From: a virus
DNA length: 44,226 bases
Virus genome (UHGV): UHGV-0346409
Direction: 5' to 3' (one strand)
Shown: positions 1 through 7,356 of the stretch, piece by piece
How positions within the stretch are numbered: the first letter of the stretch is position 1
How the letters are laid out: each line of letters starts with the position of its first letter
Made by a program: the position numbers and the translations under genes
Notes under the pieces: model-generated
What the model was told of the DNA's origin: nothing
What the model saw: the letters and a program-made list of their open reading frames with translations, nothing else
The model's database searches: none

Positions 1-93
1 CGTTTTGCTCGCAAACTCGTCACTTGAACAAAATTGCACGGACAGGGACTGTTAAAATGCCAAATTTCCTGGCATCATGGCAACCATCTGAAC

Positions 94-183
94 GGAGAGA
101 TGCCGGAGCGGCTGAACGGACCGGTCTCGAAAACCGGAGTAGGGGCAACTCTACCGGGGGTTCAAATCCCCCTCTCTCCGCCA
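94..183 (+). tRNA. serU: tRNA-Ser, anticodon CGA (90 nt, long variable arm, encoded CCA)
   Basis: Cloverleaf readable by eye: acceptor GGAGAGA / TCTCTCC-G-CCA, anticodon loop CT-CGA-AA, T-arm GGGGG-TTCAAAT-CCCCC. Matches my recollection of enterobacterial serU. Confidence 0.9.
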
Positions 184-199
184 CTTTATCAATGACTTA
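123..199. repeat. attL core (3' 61 nt of tRNA-Ser plus 16 nt downstream)
   Basis: Identical base for base to 44128..44204. Identity stops at both edges. Confidence 0.9.
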
Positions 200-268
200 C
201 GTCACTCACTTTTCACCGTCGATCCCCCTGTTAGAACGGACTTAGAATATTCACTTAGAATTAGACCG

Positions 269-1297
269 TCACGGGTTTCTGCTCAGAACTGTGACATCCA
301 GCACCGGAATATCCAGAGTCGGAGAAACTGCAGGTTTGCGATCATACGTCAGCACCTGCGCCTCAGTTTTGTGACCAGAGAACAACTGCTTTTCTTTACT
401 GCTTCCGTCGTAGTCTGAGATCCCCTTCGCTTTTAAATCGTGAAACGTTCCCGTAATCGGGTAGCCCAGCTTTTCACTTGCCGCCGCCCTGGCTTTACGC
501 CAGATATCGTTAAATCCGGTATAACTGTATTGCCCGCCATATTTGTTACAGACCACGAAATGTTGTCCTCCCAACGATTTCGCCTGCTCAAGTGCGAACG
601 TCAGTCGCTCTGAATACTGTTTGATCTGCTTTTTGCCAGTCTTACCCTGTTGGATAAACAAACCCTTACTCATAACCTGATCCCACGTCAGCTTTCGTAT
701 ATCGCCGATCCGCGTGGCGCACAGATAGGCGATCTCCATCGCGCACTGTAAAACGGGAGATGCCTCCTGATAAATTGCGATATATTCCTCGTCCGTGAAA
801 TAGTAGTCGCGGGGCTTGAGGGAAAATTTACTGACGCCCTGGCATGGATTCCCTTTTACGTATCCGCGTTCGTATCCCCAGCGGAATACTCGCGACATAC
901 TGGCTTTTTCATGGTTCGCCTGTGTTTTGCTTTTCAGCCCCCGCTTGTCCATATACAGCCGCACGTGAGCAGGTTTTATGTTGTCGGCTTTCATTTTCCC
1001 GAACGCGGCGAGTAATTTCTTCTGGTGCTGCAGATAATCCTTTTGTGTACGCTGACCGAGTTCCAGATAGTAGGTGCTGTTGAGAAATTTGTTCCAGAGT
1101 TTACTGAACGTCATGACATCAATAGCATCATTCAGGATCTCTTCGTATTTCACCCATACCTGAGCAATTGACAGATCATTAATTTTACCCAGCGTAATAC
1201 ACTCTCGGGGCGTTGGTTTGAAATAATAGCTGTATTTGTTTTTATAAACGCGGGGTGGCAGCTTATTATCTTCCGCGCTTTTTCGTGTTCTGCTCAT
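269..1297 (-). CDS. int: Tyrosine recombinase / phage integrase
   Basis: 342-aa ORF directly downstream of the tRNA. C-terminal catalytic-type motifs (ATRIGD..., HDLKA..., LFSGHKTE...Y). N-terminal arm-binding-like region. Confidence 0.9.
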   Translation of the reverse strand: MSRTRKSAEDNKLPPRVYKNKYSYYFKPTPRECITLGKINDLSIAQVWVKYEEILNDAIDVMTFSKLWNKFLNSTYYLELGQRTQKDYLQHQKKLLAAFGKMKADNIKPAHVRLYMDKRGLKSKTQANHEKASMSRVFRWGYERGYVKGNPCQGVSKFSLKPRDYYFTDEEYIAIYQEASPVLQCAMEIAYLCATRIGDIRKLTWDQVMSKGLFIQQGKTGKKQIKQYSERLTFALEQAKSLGGQHFVVCNKYGGQYSYTGFNDIWRKARAAASEKLGYPITGTFHDLKAKGISDYDGSSKEKQLFSGHKTEAQVLTYDRKPAVSPTLDIPVLDVTVLSRNP

Positions 1298-1512
1298 CAG
1301 ATTGCATCAAAATTTGGTTGTTCTTCTTCGGCAATCTGCACGGACCTTGCTCCGGACAGCGCAGCGTTTACATGCGTCCATGTGACGCGAGGTCGCCCAT
1401 CGCGGCGTTTTACATAAGAGATCCCGGCACGGGTCAGGGCGCCGCATTGTTTTGACGGGAACTGGTAGCCGGTCAGTTCAACCAGTTCCTCGTCGTTTAA
1501 CAGATCGTTCAT
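1297..1512 (-). CDS. DUF4224-like small DNA-binding protein in the excisionase position
   Basis: 71 aa. The motif LNDEELVELTGYQFPSKQ...GRPRV is typical of the DUF4224/Xis-like family. Its stop overlaps the int start. Confidence 0.65.
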   Translation of the reverse strand: MNDLLNDEELVELTGYQFPSKQCGALTRAGISYVKRRDGRPRVTWTHVNAALSGARSVQIAEEEQPNFDAI

Positions 1513-1702
1513 GGTCTTTCCTCATTATGTAGCTTATTGCGTCATCTGCCACATGGCAGGCACGGGCAATATCAGACTCGGTCAAGGCCTGTTTCCTGAC
1601 GCTGGCCGACAGTCGGCCAATTTTGATATCAAATGCGGAGAGCAGAGTTGCTCCCGGTTGCCATCGCAGCATTGTGATCCTCCTGTTACTGGTGAATCGC
1701 AA
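1478..1702 (-). CDS. Hypothetical early protein
   Basis: 74-aa ORF in the operon orientation. The 3' end overlaps the next gene start by 35 nt. No recognisable family. Confidence 0.35.
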   Translation of the reverse strand: MRFTSNRRITMLRWQPGATLLSAFDIKIGRLSASVRKQALTESDIARACHVADDAISYIMRKDHERSVKRRGTG

Positions 1703-1721
1703 TGCTAGCGATGGTGAGTTT

Positions 1722-1904
1722 TTATTTCTGATTAGGCGTAATCAGTTCTGGTGGGGGGAATGCCGATTTCTCCCGCGTGACCTTAATGTTTTCTGGCAGG
1801 TGTAGCCCAAGTTCGCAGCGACTCCGTGCTTCAATAATGCCATTGGTACCATCGGCAAGTACCAGGTGAACCGCGTCACCACGCTTTAATGTGAGTTTAA
1901 GCAT
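1722..1904 (-). CDS. Hypothetical early protein
   Basis: 60-aa ORF. Its ATG overlaps the upstream stop (TAATG), suggesting translational coupling. Confidence 0.45.
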   Translation of the reverse strand: MLKLTLKRGDAVHLVLADGTNGIIEARSRCELGLHLPENIKVTREKSAFPPPELITPNQK

Positions 1905-2473
1905 TAGCGTACCCTCAGCGAACGTTCGCCGCGTTCCAGATGTGCGCCTGGTACCGGGTTTAATAACTCGGCTGGTGGTGTTTCTCCACGCGCCAGTATT
2001 TCGGCGGCAACCGCCTCCGCAGATTCAATCACTTCTTTAATGGCTCGCTTGTTTGGTGTAATAACCGTTTCTACATCAACAAGTGACACGCCTTCATACT
2101 CATCCGGGATCTTATCTTTGCTATCGATAATTACCCGGATAGCCCCCTGTGCATCAGTAAATGTGTTTTTTGCGGTTTTTAGTTTATCCAGGCCAGCAGC
2201 TTGCAGGCAGGCGAGCATATGCTTCCGAATTGCTTTTTCCTTGCCTTCAAAGGACGTCTTACGGGTAGCCAGGCGAGACATTTCTTCAGCGCAGGTACTG
2301 GCATTGCCCTGTAAATTGCGGCAGATGACCATCATGGCGTCCAGTTTGTCTCCCAGTTCTCCTTCCATACCTTCAAGTGTGTCGGCGATCATCTCTGGCG
2401 TCAGTTCGTCGGAGGTTTCCAGCAGGTCAATCAGGCTGGCGTATTCTTTTGCAATAGCGATAGCGGTGCTCAT
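1904..2473 (-). CDS. Siphovirus Gp157-family protein
   Basis: 189 aa. The N-terminal E..L..LL...TLEGMEGE pattern and the C-terminal VPGAHLERGERSLRVR match the Gp157 family as I recall it. Confidence 0.8.
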   Translation of the reverse strand: MSTAIAIAKEYASLIDLLETSDELTPEMIADTLEGMEGELGDKLDAMMVICRNLQGNASTCAEEMSRLATRKTSFEGKEKAIRKHMLACLQAAGLDKLKTAKNTFTDAQGAIRVIIDSKDKIPDEYEGVSLVDVETVITPNKRAIKEVIESAEAVAAEILARGETPPAELLNPVPGAHLERGERSLRVR

Positions 2474-4692
2474 GCTGTTTGCTCCTGTGCGGCGGCGAGA
2501 GCGGCGAGGCGTTCGGTTTTGATTTCATTCAAACGGCGCAGGCGCGAACCAAGATAAGTTGAATACTCCTTATCACCTTTGGATTCTGCGGCTTTGCGGT
2601 GAACTTCTACTTCCCGCGCAATAAGGCCATAGACTTTATTAACTTCATTGGGGGTTACGGCTGCAGCCAGTGTTTTGGCAACACCTGAGAGTCGTTCATC
2701 CAGTTCTTCACGCAGTCGGGTAGCATCCTCTGCTTTCTCGCTTGCCTTCTTAATACCGTATTCTGTATTCAGCTCGGCGGTGTAGGCACTATCGTTATGC
2801 ATATCCATATAAACATCTGCCGCAAATCCCAGATGAGATAGTGCTTTGACGGTGGCATCAGTAAGAGACTTTTTGGAGGCCTCTTTTTCCATTACCAGTG
2901 CCCCTTTGTTATTTTTTGATATGTAATCCGTGTGGCCATATGACGGAATAAATCCTTTCACTCCGTTCCAGACGTACCAGAGATCTATCCGGATGGTGTG
3001 TACTGACAGGCAGAACAGGGAGCCGTCAGCATCCCTGACAGGTTTTTGTCCAATAATTTTCCCTGTCTGATCCTGTATAGGTTCAAGTAATGGCACACCG
3101 CGATCCACTCGCTCCTCCTTGATTTCAACTCCCCAACCAATGCCTTCCATTCCCAGCACTTCAGTCGCACGCATCAAAATATATTGTGCGCGTATGGAGT
3201 GCAGTCCTGCACCGTAATCATTATGTGTGACATACGCAGGATCGGTCCGCTGAACGCGATTCCAGATAGCCAAATTTGCTTTGCTCTGGTCATCATTCAT
3301 TGCTGACAGATAATGCTCCATGCGAATTGATGCAGTTTTTTCCTCGGTATGGATCCGCTCAACCAGAGCGTCAACGTTCTGCACCAGGTCTTTTACCTGC
3401 TCGCTAAGTTTTTCTTGTGGAGGAGTCTCTTCTTCCAGGATAACAGTTACAGATTCCCGCTGTGATACGGCGTTATTTTCTGGTACGCCATACACATGGC
3501 GGGGCGTGACAAACTGCTCACGCAACTGCTGCAAACTACGCTCTCCAGCATTTGCTGCTTCGCTTTTTTCGCCCTGATTTGAGGGGGGTTCTGACATCAT
3601 CCCATCGATTGAGAATCGCCCGCCGCCGTGGTTGGTGACTTTTACATCACCCTTTGGTGCTGCGTCCTTTGGCTTCTCTTCAACAGCATTTGCATCACGC
3701 TGCCCGTTAGCTTGCAGCCAGTTGTCGATGTGACTGCGCAGGGATTGCGGGAAATGGTACGTGTCTTTTGCGGGGGCACTCTGAACGACACCGAATACGG
3801 ATGCCCGGTCATAGGAAAGGATCTGATCCGTTGTGCGCAAGGCCATTGACCAGCGTTTAAAATCCTCCCGATCCTGGCTGATTATTTCGTCTGCCGCTTT
3901 CAGGACGCTGGGGGTGATTTTTTCCGGGCCAACGGGTAACAGAGCGCAGGCAATTTCACGATCCAGTGTAGCGTGAGTCTGTTTGTAAGGACGTGCGGAT
4001 GCTGTTTCTGGTTTTACCTCCGGCAGCATTTCATCGCGTTTACCGGGATTCTCTACCCATTTTTTTATAAATTTGGAGATAGTCCAACTGGTCGGGTTTT
4101 GTTCCTGGGTATCGCAACTTGCCAAAATTGCATGTACCAGATTATTCAATCCAGCAATATGCATGTACTCGATGGGCTTACACGCCACCATGGCATCAAG
4201 AACGATGCGGTTAAACGCGTCAACCTCATCCTCACTGTCAGTATCACTGTTGTCGAGCATCTCCAGGTATTCACGCGTCTGCGCAAGCAATTCACTGTTG
4301 ACTTCGTTGGCGTCGTGGCTGAACAGCAGAACGGCGGCGAATCGTTCACGAGCCGGCAGTTTCATCAGGTCGTTAACCTGTGCGATATCTGCTGAACCGC
4401 TATCTACAACGGGGGTGTTAACTACCCATTTTTCGCCATCAAAACTGTGTTCTGTGGCGAACGTCTCATCAAACTCACCAACGCCTGGGCGCGGTTGGCC
4501 CGGGGCATCTTCCCAGATTTTAGGTTTGAAATAGTTGTCGCCGTGGTCAGGGTAGGCTTCCCACAATTTGCCGATGATGATGTTCTCGGCAACTTTTTTG
4601 TTAGGGGCGTCGATGGCGATGGCCAGCGCCGGGATCGCGCCGTTTTTGAGCGCGCCTTTTTTCGCTTCTAACAAGCCGTTAAAAATGGTCAT
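2470..4692 (-). CDS. Large recombination-module protein; C-terminal Rad52/Sak-like single-strand-annealing domain, N-terminal two-thirds unassigned
   Basis: 740-aa ORF. The C-terminal segment ...IRAQYILMRATEVLGMEGIGWG...KKSLTDATVKALSHLGFAADVYM resembles the Rad52/Sak fold signature. ATGA overlap with the Gp157 gene. Confidence 0.6.
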   Translation of the reverse strand: MTIFNGLLEAKKGALKNGAIPALAIAIDAPNKKVAENIIIGKLWEAYPDHGDNYFKPKIWEDAPGQPRPGVGEFDETFATEHSFDGEKWVVNTPVVDSGSADIAQVNDLMKLPARERFAAVLLFSHDANEVNSELLAQTREYLEMLDNSDTDSEDEVDAFNRIVLDAMVACKPIEYMHIAGLNNLVHAILASCDTQEQNPTSWTISKFIKKWVENPGKRDEMLPEVKPETASARPYKQTHATLDREIACALLPVGPEKITPSVLKAADEIISQDREDFKRWSMALRTTDQILSYDRASVFGVVQSAPAKDTYHFPQSLRSHIDNWLQANGQRDANAVEEKPKDAAPKGDVKVTNHGGGRFSIDGMMSEPPSNQGEKSEAANAGERSLQQLREQFVTPRHVYGVPENNAVSQRESVTVILEEETPPQEKLSEQVKDLVQNVDALVERIHTEEKTASIRMEHYLSAMNDDQSKANLAIWNRVQRTDPAYVTHNDYGAGLHSIRAQYILMRATEVLGMEGIGWGVEIKEERVDRGVPLLEPIQDQTGKIIGQKPVRDADGSLFCLSVHTIRIDLWYVWNGVKGFIPSYGHTDYISKNNKGALVMEKEASKKSLTDATVKALSHLGFAADVYMDMHNDSAYTAELNTEYGIKKASEKAEDATRLREELDERLSGVAKTLAAAVTPNEVNKVYGLIAREVEVHRKAAESKGDKEYSTYLGSRLRRLNEIKTERLAALAAAQEQTA

Positions 4693-4722
4693 TGGTCTTT
4701 CCTCATTACAGGTCAGTGGTTT

Positions 4723-5043
4723 TTAGTAGGGGAGCTCATCGGTATCTGGCGTGTATTCGATGCAAAGTAACTGCTGGATTTTGTCATCGATAGCAGCAAT
4801 ACGCTGTTGAGCGTCGGCGGCTGTATTCTGTTTTTGCTCACGCAGCTGCTCGACCTGCAAACCGATGATGTCGATTGGCTGGGGCTGGTTGACGGTAATT
4901 TCAATTTCGCGGCTTTCCAGAAGGATGTACCTGTCTGGAAAATTTTTTGACATATCAACCGTCGCAATAAACAGCTTTTCATGGCTGAAAGTTGAAGTTG
5001 CATAATGAATAAAGAGTGTTACTGGGATGGTGCGCGCTTCCAT
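4723..5043 (-). CDS. Hypothetical early protein with coiled-coil-like C-terminus
   Basis: 106-aa ORF with AGGAG 6 nt upstream of the ATG. The overlapping 96-aa ORF (4713..5003) looks like a shadow frame. Confidence 0.55.
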   Translation of the reverse strand: MEARTIPVTLFIHYATSTFSHEKLFIATVDMSKNFPDRYILLESREIEITVNQPQPIDIIGLQVEQLREQKQNTAADAQQRIAAIDDKIQQLLCIEYTPDTDELPY

Positions 5044-5127
5044 AGCGACTCCTTGGTGATGTATACTCGGGACCGATCAGCGAATATTGATCAGCTTCCA
5101 TAGCGTCAGTGTCGTTGGTCTTTCCTC

Positions 5128-5151
5128 ATCACAAGTTTGGTCACTTGTGAT
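5128..5151. repeat. Perfect 9-bp inverted repeat ATCACAAGT-N6-ACTTGTGAT
   Basis: Read directly. It sits just beside a degenerate GAGGAAAGACC cassette. Confidence 0.6.
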
Positions 5152-5186
5152 AAATCCGAATGGTTTGGTCGCCGTTCGGGGTAACT

Positions 5187-5209
5187 GGCCCGCCTTGTGC
5201 GGGTCTTTT
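5187..5209 (+). terminator. Intrinsic-terminator-like hairpin oriented on the plus strand (antisense to the early-left leader)
   Basis: GGCCCGC-CTTGT-GCGGGTC followed by TTTTG on the plus strand. The minus-strand reading has no U tract. Confidence 0.4.
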
Positions 5210-5415
5210 GCTATCTAAAGGGTGCCGGTTACGTTTCCGGCGTCGTTATGTTTCCATCACGACCGTACGGGGCTGGTCTTTCCTGTTTTGAGCTGGTCAG
5301 GCTCATGGTCAACGCTGGTCAGGCGTGGTACTTCCTCCGGTCTTTCCCTGGTGTCACGCTGCGGGTTTGGCCTCTCCTGTTGGGGACTCAGGCACAGCGA
5401 TAAAACCTGGCTGTG

Positions 5416-5445
5416 TGAAAAAATGGCCCATCGTGCGGACTGGGC
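5416..5445 (-). terminator. Intrinsic terminator inside the early-left leader
   Basis: Minus strand reads GCCCAGTC-CGCAC-GATGGGC followed by CATTTTTTC. Confidence 0.55.
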
Positions 5446-5477
5446 AAAGACTAAACACAGCAAATTGATGATGGGCG

Positions 5478-5517
5478 CCCGGAATCGAACCGGGTAACGG
5501 GCAGGGAGTTCCCGTTA
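5478..5517 (-). ncRNA. Two abutting hairpins: 7-bp stem with 9-nt loop, then a tRNA T-arm-like CCCGG-TTCGATT-CCGGG
   Basis: Minus strand reads TAACGGG-AACTCCCTG-CCCGTTA followed directly by CCCGG-TTCGATT-CCGGG. No full cloverleaf can be drawn. Confidence 0.45.
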
Positions 5518-5891
5518 AACACCTGTTCACCACAACCGGGAGCGCACTCCGCCATTTCAAAATTTAACGACAAAGCTCAAAGTTGAGTCGATGAAGTGCG
5601 CTCTCGTGTTGTAGCCAGGACTCTTCCCTGGTGGTCACACCGTATCGCCTTGATGGTGAATCAATCGCTCATACCTGGCTGTGGCTTGCACATTCCGGCT
5701 ACCTGCTATGGAGACAACGCGTTAAGGCTCCGCTTCCATCCAGACCGCTTCGACACATGTGCCATATGCCGGCGAAGTCTTTCCCTCTGTCATCGTGTTG
5801 GCGCCGACGCGCAAAATTTGATGCCGTCTTTCCGGCTGTCAGAACGTGTTTCTGAACAACTGCCGCTGGGTAAGCGTTGTTGATGAAAGTG

Positions 5892-5920
5892 ACTTTACAA
5901 TTTGTATTTGTAATGGTCAA
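5892..5920 (-). promoter_or_regulatory. Candidate PL promoter with embedded operator (OL)
   Basis: Minus strand reads TTGACC-17 nt-TAAAGT. The 17-bp operator TACAATTTGTATTTGTA (5896..5912) sits between -35 and -10 and matches the OR operator consensus TACAA-N7-TTGTA. Confidence 0.55.
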
Positions 5921-6039
5921 CGTATTTTTAAAAAATAATTTGTAGTTAGGGGCAAAAAAATATTCACTGTGTAAAGGTGTTTTTGTGTTAGGGGGAAAGT
6001 TGCATGCCAGCAGCGGCTGGCCTGAAAATTTGAACTGAA

Positions 6040-6453
6040 CTATTTTGTCTGGTTTTTGGCTTCAAGTAGTTCTTTTAGCAGTAGATCGAAGTGCTCTCTT
6101 TTTTCTTTTAGCTCATTGATTAATTTATTTTTTTCGCTCTCAGGCAGTCCTCTGAATAGTTGCAGTAGAGCCTGTTCTTGCGGGGTTAGTTCTTGATTGT
6201 AATTACCCGGGTGTAGCGTGGATTCATCCAAATATTCCCCTTCATTCATGAAGAAAAAATGAACAGGGTATCCGGTCACTTTTGCTAGCTTGTCTAATTT
6301 ATCTTTTCTTGGAGTTACCCCATTACACCATGCCTGAACTGATTGAGCCGTAACCCCAATATGGCGAGCTAACTCAGATTGAGACCAGCCTAAGTCTTTT
6401 AGAATCCGTTGTAGTCGGCTAGCAAAAGCCATGTTTTTCGTTTTTGTGTTCAT
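6040..6453 (-). CDS. cI-like HTH_XRE prophage repressor, short form without S24/LexA-type peptidase domain
   Basis: HTH segment SQSELARHIGVTAQSVQAWCNG. Divergent from the cro-like gene. The ORF track begins at a TTG (6468); I prefer the ATG at 6453. The C-terminus is a short helical tail. Confidence 0.8.
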   Translation of the reverse strand: MNTKTKNMAFASRLQRILKDLGWSQSELARHIGVTAQSVQAWCNGVTPRKDKLDKLAKVTGYPVHFFFMNEGEYLDESTLHPGNYNQELTPQEQALLQLFRGLPESEKNKLINELKEKREHFDLLLKELLEAKNQTK

Positions 6454-6463
6454 ACCGTAAGGA

Positions 6464-6524
6464 TACAAGGTTTAATTGTAGGGATCATTGCAAATATAAT
6501 TTGTAATTACAGTTATGATTTGTA
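6464..6524. promoter_or_regulatory. OR region: three 17-bp operators (6464..6480, 6489..6505, 6508..6524) overlapping divergent PR and PRM candidates
   Basis: TACAAGGTTTAATTGTA, TGCAAATATAATTTGTA and TACAGTTATGATTTGTA. On the plus strand, TATAAT at 6495..6500 (PR -10). On the minus strand, TACAAT at 6480..6475 (PRM -10). Confidence 0.6.
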
Positions 6525-6551
6525 ATGATGGCGCGGACACAAGGAGTCCAT

Positions 6552-6782
6552 ATGGATAAACAACTGCAAGACAAAATTCTTTCCGTAATGAGTCAATCCG
6601 AGTTAGGGCGGCGATTAGGGAAAAAACCACAAACGGTAAGCCTCTGGTTCAAAGGAAGGGTTCCCGGTGAAGAGGTTTTGCGCACATCTGAAGCTCTTGA
6701 ATGGCGCGTGACCCCCCATGATCTTAGACCGGATCTTTACCCAAACCCAGATGACAGCTTGCCTAAAACGAAAGCAGCTTAA
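6552..6782 (+). CDS. Cro/YdaS-like small HTH regulator
   Basis: AAGGAG lies 6 nt upstream of the ATG at 6552. The sequence SQSELGRRLGKKPQTVSLWFKG...VTPHDLRPDLYP resembles the YdaS family. Confidence 0.75.
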   Translation: MDKQLQDKILSVMSQSELGRRLGKKPQTVSLWFKGRVPGEEVLRTSEALEWRVTPHDLRPDLYPNPDDSLPKTKAA

Positions 6783-6840
6783 CTGTTGGTGAGCCCCAAA
6801 TCTGATTAAGCGTAATCAATTTTTAGCGACAGGAGACGCT

Positions 6841-7317
6841 ATGGAAAACCAAGAGGAATTACAAAAAGAGATTTTGACCTGGGCGGCAAGGGCAGGGCAG
6901 GAACTCGTCACGATTGAAATCTGCCGGGCCTAGTTCAGTCAGGGACGCAATGATGAGTTGAGACTACATGAATTTGAGGACGCGGACGGCAATGTGGACT
7001 GGAGAGCCATCAACAACAATCGGCAGAAAATCTTTCGCTGGTTACGTGGCGAGACAACGGCGGCGCGCCGAAAAACTCAGGTGCTGGCCAGTGTGATGAA
7101 AGCCGTGCTACCCGCAGAACGGCGGGCACGTCTGGAGTCGCCGGGCGATCCCGTTTTGCTGGCAACGCTGGCGGCAAAAGAAGGGGTGGAAGCGATTAAC
7201 GCTGTACATCTCCACTTCGCGCCAGAGTTAACTATCCAGGAAATTGACGAAGCAATAGCGGCGCTGGTAGCGACGCGAGGAGCAGTGATACGCACTGCGC
7301 AAGACCACCATGCATGA
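6841..7317 (+). pseudogene. ydaT/CII-like regulator interrupted by an in-frame amber (TAG 6931..6933)
   Basis: ATG 6841 has a strong AGGAG RBS and 30 codons run up to the TAG. The same frame continues into ORF 6958..7317. KIFRWLRGET and VLPAERRARL match my recollection of Rac YdaT. Confidence 0.7.
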
Positions 7318-7356
7318 GCGCCTGACCAGCGTTTAACTTATACCGAGGAAAGACCG

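Larger units (their letters stand above)
5044..5885 (-). ncRNA. Candidate long structured untranslated leader / ncRNA of the early-left transcript
   Basis: Only short overlapping junk-like ORFs in all six frames. It lies downstream of the candidate PL promoter. Many stable hairpins, a long-range 11-bp helix and an internal intrinsic terminator. Confidence 0.4.

Noticed and set aside
5466-5556. A minus-strand tRNA gene suggested by GGTTCGATTCCGG (T-arm)
   Set aside because: Only the T-arm and an adjacent 7-bp hairpin with a 9-nt loop can be drawn. There is no complementary 5' acceptor strand, no D-arm, no variable region and no 7-nt anticodon loop with U33. I treat it as a T-arm-like module of a larger RNA, not a tRNA.
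5100-5900. A CsrA-sponge-like RNA (many GGA motifs on the minus strand)
   Set aside because: I counted about 20 GGA in about 800 nt, only modestly above random expectation, and most are not in hairpin loops. The enrichment is explained by the GGAAAGAC repeats.
5197-5920. Seven track ORFs of 68-95 aa in the leader region (both strands)
   Set aside because: They overlap one another and have Pro/Cys/Arg-rich junk-like composition with no RBS. One starts inside the PL operator. The Arg-rich stretch in 5699..5920 is not at an N-terminus with a usable start, so it is not an N-like gene.
5466-6933. The idea that the tRNA-like element is an amber suppressor for the TAG in the ydaT-like gene
   Set aside because: The would-be anticodon loop (AACTCCCTG) contains no CTA, and the element is not a foldable tRNA.
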